Shown here: positions 1 to 8,562 of the stretch, piece after piece | Numbering within the stretch: position 1 is the stretch's first letter | Layout of the letters: every line of letters starts with the position of its first letter | Assembly (NCBI GenBank): GCA_963824225.1 | Contig: CAWGOF010000003.1 | Span: forward strand, 3,040,847-3,104,846 | Source: an uncultured Acidobacteriota bacterium | GTDB taxonomy: Bacteria; Acidobacteriota; Polarisedimenticolia; Polarisedimenticolales; Polarisedimenticolaceae | Direction of reading: 5' to 3' | Length of the DNA: 64,000 nt | Position numbers and translations under genes: made by a program | Notes under the pieces: generated by a model | What the model saw: the letters and a program-made list of their open reading frames with translations, nothing else | Databases searched by the model: none | What the model was told of the DNA's origin: nothing

Positions 1-932
1 GCCGCGATGCTCCACGCGGCGATCTCGCGGCCGATCGGGCGACGGCTTGAAGCGGGGGTCTCGGCCGCCGGTACCGGAGTTCCGCCCTCGGCGATCCAGC
101 GCAGATCGAGCAGCACGTCCTGCATCGTCTGGCGGCGCTTGTCGGGATCCTTCGCCAGGCACGTTCGAACGAGCCGGTCGAGGGCCGGCGGAGAAGCGGG
201 CGCAAGCGTCGTGATGGGCGGAGGCTCCCGCTCGAGGATCGCGGCCACGAGGGAGGCTTGTGTCTTCCCCTCGAACGCCCGTCGACCGGTCAACATCTCG
301 TACAGCACGAGGCCGAAGGCGAAGATGTCGCTGCGCGCGTCGGCCTCCTGCCCTTCGATCTGCTCGGGCGCCATGTAGTGAAACGTACCGATGATGGAAC
401 CCGCCGCGGTCAGGCTCGTCGCCGTGGCCAGGTGGGTCGACGGCCCTGCGTCTGCTCCCGTGCTCTTCGCCAGTCCGAAGTCCAGCAGCTTCGCACCTGT
501 CGGGGTGAGCATCACGTTGCCGGGCTTGATGTCGCGGTGGATCAGCCCTTGTCGGTGCGCCCGATCGAGCGCGTCCGCGATCTGTATCGCGAAACGCAAC
601 GCGTCGTCGAGCGGCAGCGCCCCGCGACCGAGCCTCGCCGACAGCGTGTCTCCCTCGAGATGCTCGAGGACGAGGTAGTCCACGCCGGCGTGCGAGCCCA
701 CGTCGTGCACGGTGCAGATGTGGGGGTGGTTGAGCTTGCTGGCCGCCCGGGCCTCCCGCTCGAACCGCTGGCGCAGCGCGGGGTCCGCGGACAGGTGTTG
801 CGGCAGCACCTTGATCGCCACCGTTCGCTCGAGCCGCGTGTCGCGCGCCCGGTACACCTCGCCCATCCCACCCGCGCCGAGCGGGGCCAGGATCTCGTAC
901 GGGCCGAGACGAGAGCCGACGGACAGCGGCAT
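1..932 (-). CDS. Ser/Thr protein kinase (partial; C-terminal part runs off window start)
   Basis: Reverse-strand translation from ATG at 930-932 gives MPLSVGSRLGPYEILAPLGAGGMGEVYRARD...HRDIKPGNVML...DFGLAK...APE: Hanks kinase subdomains I-VIII; reading frame continues to position 1. Confidence 0.8.
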   Translation of the reverse strand, partial: MPLSVGSRLGPYEILAPLGAGGMGEVYRARDTRLERTVAIKVLPQHLSADPALRQRFEREARAASKLNHPHICTVHDVGSHAGVDYLVLEHLEGDTLSARLGRGALPLDDALRFAIQIADALDRAHRQGLIHRDIKPGNVMLTPTGAKLLDFGLAKSTGADAGPSTHLATATSLTAAGSIIGTFHYMAPEQIEGQEADARSDIFAFGLVLYEMLTGRRAFEGKTQASLVAAILEREPPPITTLAPASPPALDRLVRTCLAKDPDKRRQTMQDVLLDLRWIAEGGTPVPAAETPASSRRPIGREIAAWSIA

Positions 933-988
933 GCTGCGATGAGACTACCAGAGCCGCCCGCACCCACACGAGCTATCGTGCCGGACGC

Positions 989-2386
989 ATGCCCAGGGGG
1001 AGCGAGATCACAGTTGTCGGCGGCGGGCTCGTGGGGTCGCTCCTCGCGATCCTGCTCGCCCGGCGGGGGCACCGGGTCGCGGTGCACGAGCGGCGGTCGG
1101 ACCTGCGGGAGGGGCCGGTCGAGGCGGGGCGGTCGATCAACCTCGTGGTCACCCGGCGCGGGATCCGGGGGCTCGAGCGGGTCGGCCTGGCCGAGCGCGC
1201 GCTCGAGCTGACCGTACCGGTCTACGGCCGGATGGTCCACGGGGGATCGGGCGCGCCCGTGTTCCAGCCCTACGGCCGAGACGAGAGCGAGTGCAACCAC
1301 TCGATCTCACGGTCGGCGCTCAACGAGTTCCTGATCCGCGAGGCCGCGGCGTGCGGCGTGCGGTTCCGGTTCGATTCGCGGCTCGTCGACGCCGATCTAC
1401 CGGCGGGCCGCCTGGTGTTCGAGGACCCGCGCGACGGGACGCGCCAGGAGGTCCGAGCCGACGTCGTCTTCGGCACGGATGGCGCGCGCTCGGCCGTCCG
1501 CACGGCGCTCACGCGCCTTCCCGGCTTCGACGAGCGGATCGAGCCGCTCGGCCACGGCTACAAGGAGCTCGACATCCCGGCGGCACCCGGCGACCGCCGC
1601 CGCGGCGGCGGCTTCCGGATCGAGAAGAACGCGCTCCACGTCTGGCCGCGGGGGGCGTTCATGCTGATGGCGCTGCCGAACCCCGGGGGCGACTTCACGG
1701 TCACGCTGTACCTGCCCGAGAGCGGCCCGTTCGGCTTCGATCGCCTGACTTCACCCGAGCAGGTGACGGCGCTGTTCCGCGAGCAGTTCGCCGACGCCGT
1801 TCCTTTGATCCCGGACCTCGAGGCCGCGTTCTTCGCTCGGCCGACGGGCGCGCTCGGCACCGTCCGCTGCCGCCCCTGGCACCTCGACGGCCGGCTGCTG
1901 CTCCTCGGGGATGCGGCCCACGCGATCGTCCCGTTCTTCGGTCAGGGCATGAACTGCGGCTTCGAAGACTGCACCGTCCTCAACGATCTGCTCGGCGAAA
2001 GCCGCGGCGATTGGAGCGCCGTGTTCGCCGAGCTCGAGCGCCAGCGCAAGCCCAACGCCGACGCGATCGCCAACATGGCCATCGAGAACTTCGTCGAGAT
2101 GCGCGACCGCATCGGCGACGCGCGGTTCCTGCTGCGCAAGGCGGTCGAGCACCGCCTGGAGGTCGAGTTCCCGCTCGAGTACCGCTCGCGCTACTCGATG
2201 GTCATGTACAGCCACATCCCGTATCGGACGGCGCAGGAGGCGGGCGAGGTCGAGCAATCGATCCTCGACGACCTGTGTCGCGATCTCCGCTCGGCCGACG
2301 AGCTCGACATCGATCGCGCGCGGCGGCTCGTGCACGAGCGCCTGACCCCGCTCCTGCGCGACCGCGGCGTCTCCCTCGAGTATTGA
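989..2386 (+). CDS. kmo: kynurenine 3-monooxygenase (FAD-dependent)
   Basis: 465 aa ORF; N-terminal GGGLVGS FAD-binding fold, internal GDAAHAIVPFFGQGMNCGFEDC motif and overall length typical of bacterial KMO. Confidence 0.75.
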   Translation: MPRGSEITVVGGGLVGSLLAILLARRGHRVAVHERRSDLREGPVEAGRSINLVVTRRGIRGLERVGLAERALELTVPVYGRMVHGGSGAPVFQPYGRDESECNHSISRSALNEFLIREAAACGVRFRFDSRLVDADLPAGRLVFEDPRDGTRQEVRADVVFGTDGARSAVRTALTRLPGFDERIEPLGHGYKELDIPAAPGDRRRGGGFRIEKNALHVWPRGAFMLMALPNPGGDFTVTLYLPESGPFGFDRLTSPEQVTALFREQFADAVPLIPDLEAAFFARPTGALGTVRCRPWHLDGRLLLLGDAAHAIVPFFGQGMNCGFEDCTVLNDLLGESRGDWSAVFAELERQRKPNADAIANMAIENFVEMRDRIGDARFLLRKAVEHRLEVEFPLEYRSRYSMVMYSHIPYRTAQEAGEVEQSILDDLCRDLRSADELDIDRARRLVHERLTPLLRDRGVSLEY

Positions 2387-2392
2387 TGATTG

Positions 2393-2446
2393 GGGGGTCA
2401 GGTCTCGGGGTCAGGTCTTAGGGTCAGACCCCGAGACCTGACCCCC
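2393..2446. repeat. palindromic repeat family 1 (GGGGTCAGGTCTC-based), copy 1, immediately after kmo stop
   Basis: gggggtcaggtctcggggtcaggtcttagggtcagaccccgagacctgaccccc; imperfect inverted repeat, same unit recurs at 11525, 12567, 18975, 21411. Confidence 0.85.
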
Positions 2447-2454
2447 AAAAAACG

Positions 2455-2964
2455 TCAGCGGCGGCGCAGGAGCCACAGCAGGCCGAGCCCCACGGCGAGC
2501 GCCCCCACGAGCAGGGCGATACGGCCCATCGCCGGCGCGCTGATCTGCATCACGCCCTCGGTCGTGACGAGGCGGATCTGGTCGCCGCCGCTCAAGTTGA
2601 ACGTGAAGGTGCCGCTGCTTATCGTCGTCAGCACGCCGCCGTCGAACCGGATCGTCTGCTGGATCAGCCCGCCGACGCACGCCAGGTTGTACTCGTACGT
2701 GTGGGACTGGCTCGTCTGGCCGCCACCCGAGAGCACGGTGGCGGAGAGCGACGCCTGGCGTCCGGCGCACGGTCCCGTGTTCTGCCACGCGTAGAGCGTC
2801 TGCGGCCGCTTGCTACAGAACCAGTCGGTGTTCCACGTGCCGGCGATCGCGTCCTCGACCTCGCTCCCGTCGCTTCCCGTCGGGATCGTGCCGTTACCCG
2901 CGACGACCGGGACCGCGGCGAAGACGGATGCCACCAAGCACAGCCCGATGCCCCAAGCTTTCAT
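2455..2964 (-). CDS. secreted hypothetical protein with C-terminal TM helix + RRR tail
   Basis: 169 aa; N-terminal signal peptide MKAWGIGLCLVASVFAAVPVVAGNG; C-terminus ...SAPAMGRIALLVGALAVGLGLLWLLRRR resembles exosortase/MYXO-type C-terminal sorting signals. Confidence 0.5.
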   Translation of the reverse strand: MKAWGIGLCLVASVFAAVPVVAGNGTIPTGSDGSEVEDAIAGTWNTDWFCSKRPQTLYAWQNTGPCAGRQASLSATVLSGGGQTSQSHTYEYNLACVGGLIQQTIRFDGGVLTTISSGTFTFNLSGGDQIRLVTTEGVMQISAPAMGRIALLVGALAVGLGLLWLLRRR

Positions 2965-3139
2965 GAGCCCCTCCAGCGGTCCCCGCCGCAGCGCGCGGCC
3001 GCCTCACCGCGACTGCCTGTTTAGTACCCGCAGCGGGCGCTCGAGGCAAGCGCGGGATTCGTCCGTGTGCTGCGGGCGATGCCGCAACCGGCGAGCAACC
3101 CGGGAAGTAGCTTAGGATTGAACCGCTTACGGGGGAAGC

Positions 3140-5416
3140 GTGGAAGACGACCGTCGAGAGTCGGCGCCGGCCGGAGACCGGACCTGGGTCCAGGGCTCGG
3201 GCGCGAGCGCCGCGCGCACGGACGAGACGATCGGCAACTACCGTGTGCTGCGCACGCTCGGCGAGGGCGGAATGGGCCTGGTCTACGAGGCCGAGCAGGT
3301 CCGCCCGGTCCGCCGGCGCGTGGCGCTGAAGGTCATCCGCACCGGGCTCGAGGGGGACGACATCCGCCTGCGCTTCGAGTCCGAGCGCCAGGCGCTGGCG
3401 CTGATGGATCACCCGGCGATCGCCCGCGTGTTCGACGCCGGGGTCACGGCCGAGGGTCGACCGTTCTTCGCCATGGAGCTGGTCGACGGCGTGCCGATCA
3501 CGGAGCTGTGCGACCGCGAGCGGCTCGACCTGAAGGAGCGGTTGCGCCTCTTCGCCCTGGTCTGCGACGGCGTCCAGCACGCGCACCAGAAGGGGATCAT
3601 CCACCGCGACATCAAGCCATCGAACGTCCTGGTCGCCGGGTCGGGCGCCGAGCGCTCGATCAAGATCATCGACTTCGGTGTGGCCAAGGCCACGACCGAG
3701 CGCCTGACCGACCGGACGTTCATGACCGAGATGGGCCAGCTCGTCGGCACGCCGCAGTACATGAGCCCCGAGCAGGCCGACATGCGCGGCCTGGACATCG
3801 ACACGCGGACCGACGTGTACCTGCTCGGCACGCTGCTCCACGAGCTGCTCACGGGCTGCCTGCCGTTCGACCCGCGGCTGCTCCACGAGCGCGGCCTGAC
3901 CGAGTACCGCCGGCAGGTGGTGGAGGTCGACCCGCTGCGCCCGAGCGAGCGGCTGGCCAAGCTCGAGCCCGCGGCGGCGCGCGAGGCCGCGCAGCTCCGC
4001 TCGACCGAGCCACTGGCGCTCGTGCGCGCGCTGCGCGGCGATCTCGACGCGATCACGGTCAAGGCGCTCGAGAAGGACCGGGCGCAGCGCTACGCCTCGG
4101 CGTCCGAGCTCGCCGCAGACGTCGGGCGGTTCCTGCGCAACGAGCCGGTGACGGCGACGCCGCCGAGCGGCCTGTACCAGCTGCGGAAGTTCGCCCGGCG
4201 CCATCGCGTGGGCGTCGCCTTCGCCTCGGTCGTGGTCGTGCTGCTCGCCGGTTTCGGCGTGTCGATGGCGGTCTACGCCTCGGCCCTCGCGCGGGCGCGC
4301 GATCGCGCGGAGAGCCAGACCCAGGCCGCGAACCAGGTGGCGGGCTACCTGGTCGACCTGTTCGACAGCAGCGATCCGGAGAAGGCGGACCGCTCGACCG
4401 TGACCGTCCTCCAGGTCCTGCACCAGGGCCGGGACCGGATCAAGGACCTCGCCGGGCAGCCGGTGCTCCAGGCCCGGATGCTGCGCACGATGGGCGAGGT
4501 GTACACGAGCGCCGGATTCCTCGAGGAAGCGCGCCCGCTCCTCGAGGATGCGCTGCGCATCAGGCGGGAGCAGCTAGAGCGCGAGCAACAGGGGGTCACC
4601 GCGCTCGACGTGGCGGAGGCCGAGACGAGCCTGGCCGGCCTGCTCGTGCAGCTCGGGGAATACGACCGCGTGCAGTCGCTCTACGCGGACGCGCTGGCCA
4701 CGCGCGAAGCCGAGCTCGGTCCGAACGACCTCGAGGTCGCGCGGAGCATGACCAACCTGGCGAACATCTTGGGCCTGACCGGCCGGGACGCAGAGGCGGA
4801 GGAGCTGCACCGGAAGGCGTTCGAGATCCGCGAGAGAACGCTCGAGCCGGACGACCCCGAGATCGCGACGAGCCGGGCGAACCAGGCGATGCACCTCGAG
4901 CGCGCGGGCAACTACGCCGAGGCGCGACCGCTCTACGAGCGAGCGCTGGCCACCTGGCGCCGGGTCGACCCGCCGAACGTCCCGCGGACGCTCGAGCGGC
5001 TCGGTTGCGTCGCCGAGGCCGAGGGCGACCTGCCGACCGCCGTTCGTTACCACGAGCAGGCGCTCGAGCTGCGCCGCTCGATCTACGGGAGCGATCACAG
5101 CGACGTGGCCAAGAGCCTGCTCGCGCTCGCGACGCTGAGCGCGCGGCAGGGCGACACGGCTCGGGCGACGGCGCTCCACGACGAGGCGCACGCGATCTAC
5201 GAGCGCGCGCACCAGCTCGACACGCCGATCGTCCAGTACCAGGAGGCGGGCTACCTGGCGACGGTCGGCCGCACGGCCGAGGCCGTGGAGCTTCTGCGCC
5301 TGGCGGTCGTCGACGGCGGCTACGCGAACGCGAACGAGCTCCTGCGCGACGTGCGCTTCCGCCCGCTCGCGGCAGATCCGGGGTTCCAGGCCATCGTCGC
5401 CGCCGCCAAGAAGTAA
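3140..5416 (+). CDS. Ser/Thr protein kinase with C-terminal TPR repeats
   Basis: 758 aa; GEGGMGLVYEA...ALKVI...HRDIKPSNVLV...DFGVAK...PQYMSPE kinase motifs, TM segment, then multiple TPR-like repeats (AEAEELHRKAFEIRE... etc.). Confidence 0.85.
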   Translation: MEDDRRESAPAGDRTWVQGSGASAARTDETIGNYRVLRTLGEGGMGLVYEAEQVRPVRRRVALKVIRTGLEGDDIRLRFESERQALALMDHPAIARVFDAGVTAEGRPFFAMELVDGVPITELCDRERLDLKERLRLFALVCDGVQHAHQKGIIHRDIKPSNVLVAGSGAERSIKIIDFGVAKATTERLTDRTFMTEMGQLVGTPQYMSPEQADMRGLDIDTRTDVYLLGTLLHELLTGCLPFDPRLLHERGLTEYRRQVVEVDPLRPSERLAKLEPAAAREAAQLRSTEPLALVRALRGDLDAITVKALEKDRAQRYASASELAADVGRFLRNEPVTATPPSGLYQLRKFARRHRVGVAFASVVVVLLAGFGVSMAVYASALARARDRAESQTQAANQVAGYLVDLFDSSDPEKADRSTVTVLQVLHQGRDRIKDLAGQPVLQARMLRTMGEVYTSAGFLEEARPLLEDALRIRREQLEREQQGVTALDVAEAETSLAGLLVQLGEYDRVQSLYADALATREAELGPNDLEVARSMTNLANILGLTGRDAEAEELHRKAFEIRERTLEPDDPEIATSRANQAMHLERAGNYAEARPLYERALATWRRVDPPNVPRTLERLGCVAEAEGDLPTAVRYHEQALELRRSIYGSDHSDVAKSLLALATLSARQGDTARATALHDEAHAIYERAHQLDTPIVQYQEAGYLATVGRTAEAVELLRLAVVDGGYANANELLRDVRFRPLAADPGFQAIVAAAKK

Positions 5417-5474
5417 AACGGGGACACTCTTCGTTTCCACCCCAAATGGGGCAGAAACCAAGAGTGTCCCCGCT
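5415..5474. repeat. palindromic repeat family 2 (GGGGACACTCT...AGAGTGTCCCC), copy A
   Basis: aaaacggggacactcttcgtttccaccccaaatggggcagaaaccaagagtgtccccgc; nested inverted repeats; related copies at 22385 and 24638. Confidence 0.8.
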
Positions 5475-5478
5475 TCCG

Positions 5479-7395
<1,917 letters not shown>

Positions 7396-7520
7396 GGGTC
7401 GGCAGCTCTCCCCTGCAGGTGGCGTCGGCGGAGCCAGCTTCCCGGGGCTGGTCCCGGCGTCCCCTAATCTACCGCGGTCGGGCGCGGGCGGCGGAACCGC
7501 GGGGTCGAGGACGCGAAAAA

Positions 7521-7569
7521 AGCGCGGAGGCGGATTCCCCCTGAGGTCACCGCCTCCGCGAACAGGGGA
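7521..7569 (-). terminator. intrinsic-terminator-like hairpin in leader between sigma54 promoter B and the activator gene
   Basis: minus-strand reading: GCGGAGGCGG-(16 nt loop)-CCGCCTCCGCG followed by CTTTTTTCGCG; same stem sequence as hairpin at 14712-14745. Confidence 0.55.
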
Positions 7570-7628
7570 GTGTGGATGAAGCGACGTCGATGGTTGCGGC
7601 ATTTCGAATTCCCTCGGCTCCTGGAAGC

Positions 7629-7644
7629 AGCAAGGCAAATGCCA
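7629..7644 (-). promoter_or_regulatory. sigma54 (-24/-12) promoter B
   Basis: minus-strand TGGCATTTGCCTTGCT = GG-N10-GC matching TGGCAC-N5-TTGCW consensus; ~235 nt upstream of activator start. Confidence 0.6.
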
Positions 7645-7695
7645 GAGCGCCACGCGCGCAAAACCCAGCGAATCCTTGGCTGCGGGGCGGGGAGC

Positions 7696-7711
7696 CTATC
7701 CGAACGGATAG
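7696..7711. promoter_or_regulatory. palindromic upstream-activator-site-like motif CTATCCG-AA-CGGATAG
   Basis: perfect palindrome 52 bp upstream of promoter B; same motif at 8541-8556 and 14576-14589. Confidence 0.5.
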
Positions 7712-7756
7712 TCGGGAGGCGGGGGGCTAACCGGTGAGATAGTCCAGAAAGGCGAA

Positions 7757-7790
7757 GGCGGGATCCTTACCGGGTCCCGCCTTCGCGCGC
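7757..7790 (-). terminator. hairpin terminator following the peptide array
   Basis: minus-strand GGCGGGACCCGGTAAGGATCCCGCC followed by TTCGCCTTTCTGG, ~25 nt after stop of peptide copy 1. Confidence 0.5.
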
Positions 7791-7813
7791 TCGAGAATCG
7801 ATGCTCGTCTCCA

Positions 7814-7888
7814 TCAGCGGATGTAGCTCTTGCGGGGCGGAAGGGCGACGGACTCGGCACCGGCTTTGATCTGGCTCTTGGTCTTCAT
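7814..7888 (-). CDS. 24-aa peptide, copy 1 of 6 (MKTKSQIKAGAESVALPPRKSYIR)
   Basis: ATG at 7886-7888 preceded by GGAGAGA; TGA stop; unit of a 100-bp tandem repeat. Confidence 0.6.
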   Translation of the reverse strand: MKTKSQIKAGAESVALPPRKSYIR

Positions 7889-7935
7889 GGCATCTCTCCG
7901 TTTTGCGTTCGGCGTTTGTGTTCGTTCGTTCCATC

Positions 7936-8010
7936 TCAGCGGATGTAGGTCTTGCGGGGCGGAAGGGAAACGGACTCGGCACCGGCTTTGATCTGGCTCT
8001 TGGTCTTCAT
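7936..8010 (-). CDS. 24-aa peptide, copy 2 (MKTKSQIKAGAESVSLPPRKTYIR)
   Basis: ATG 8008-8010 preceded by acGAGGAGaacgcc; TGA stop. Confidence 0.6.
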   Translation of the reverse strand: MKTKSQIKAGAESVSLPPRKTYIR

Positions 8011-8034
8011 GGCGTTCTCCTCGTCTGTTCGGCG

Positions 8035-8109
8035 TTAGCGGATGTAGCTCTTGCGGGGCGGAAGGGAAACGGACTCGGCACCGGCTTTGATCTGGCTCTT
8101 GGTCTTCAT
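8035..8109 (-). CDS. 24-aa peptide, copy 3 (MKTKSQIKAGAESVSLPPRKSYIR)
   Basis: ATG 8107-8109 preceded by GAGGAG 8 nt upstream; TAA stop. Confidence 0.6.
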   Translation of the reverse strand: MKTKSQIKAGAESVSLPPRKSYIR

Positions 8110-8134
8110 GGCGTTCTCCTCGTTTCGTTCGGCG

Positions 8135-8209
8135 TTAGCGGATGTAGGTCTTGCGGGGCGGAAGGGAAACGGACTCGGCACCGGCTTTGATCTGGCTCTT
8201 GGTCTTCAT
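8135..8209 (-). CDS. 24-aa peptide, copy 4 (…PPRKTYIR variant)
   Basis: ATG 8207-8209 preceded by GAGGAG; TAA stop. Confidence 0.6.
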   Translation of the reverse strand: MKTKSQIKAGAESVSLPPRKTYIR

Positions 8210-8234
8210 GGCGTTCTCCTCGTTTCGTTCAGCG

Positions 8235-8309
8235 TTAGCGGATGTAGCTCTTGCGGGGCGGAAGGGAAACGGACTCGGCACCGGCTCTGATCTGGCTCTT
8301 GGTCTTCAT
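8235..8309 (-). CDS. 24-aa peptide, copy 5 (MKTKSQIRAGAESVSLPPRKSYIR; K8R variant)
   Basis: ATG 8307-8309 preceded by GAGGAG; TAA stop; one substitution (ccggctctga) changes K to R. Confidence 0.6.
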   Translation of the reverse strand: MKTKSQIRAGAESVSLPPRKSYIR

Positions 8310-8334
8310 GGCATTCTCCTCGTTTCGTTCGGCG

Positions 8335-8409
8335 TTAGCGGATGTAGCTCTTGCGGGGCGGAAGGGAAACGGACTCGGCACCGGCTTTGATCTGGCTCTT
8401 GGTCTTCAT
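8335..8409 (-). CDS. 24-aa peptide, copy 6 (first transcribed; MKTKSQIKAGAESVSLPPRKSYIR)
   Basis: ATG 8407-8409 preceded by AGGAGGcccacg; TAA stop. Confidence 0.6.
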   Translation of the reverse strand: MKTKSQIKAGAESVSLPPRKSYIR

Positions 8410-8452
8410 CGTGGGCCTCCTTTCTTTCTTGTTTGGCCACGCCTCCTGATAG

Positions 8453-8468
8453 AGCAATGGCGATGCCA
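8453..8468 (-). promoter_or_regulatory. sigma54 (-24/-12) promoter C driving the six-peptide array
   Basis: minus-strand TGGCATCGCCATTGCT (GG-N10-GC), ~45 nt upstream of peptide copy 6 ATG; nearly identical to promoter A at 14620-14635. Confidence 0.65.
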
Positions 8469-8540
8469 GGCTCAGAAGCGGGAAAACCGCTCGATCGCTA
8501 TCCGTTAGGTTCTCGCGCGGGGGTCGCGCGGCGGTTCGAG

Positions 8541-8556
8541 CTATCCGAGCGGATAG
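8541..8556. promoter_or_regulatory. palindromic UAS-like motif CTATCCG-AG-CGGATAG (plus half-site CTATCCG at 8498-8504)
   Basis: perfect palindrome ~73 bp upstream of promoter C, position typical for bEBP binding. Confidence 0.5.
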
Positions 8557-8562
8557 CGCGAC

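Noticed and set aside
989-2386. kmo as the missing tailoring enzyme for the peptide array
   Set aside because: 6 kb away, opposite orientation, separated by unrelated genes; no evidence of linkage.
7396-7653. N-terminal 86-aa extension of the sigma54 activator ORF
   Set aside because: Runs through a terminator hairpin and a sigma54 promoter; a good RBS precedes the internal ATG at 7395 where the FHA domain begins.
7790-8420. Possible CRISPR array (regular ~100-bp periodicity)
   Set aside because: The whole unit, including the would-be spacer, is repeated nearly identically; there are no unique spacers and no cas genes.
7903-8508. Plus-strand ORFs (95, 79, 79, 85 aa) across the 100-bp tandem repeats
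   Set aside because: No RBS; they simply tile the repeat. The minus-strand 24-aa ORFs each have a canonical RBS and stop.
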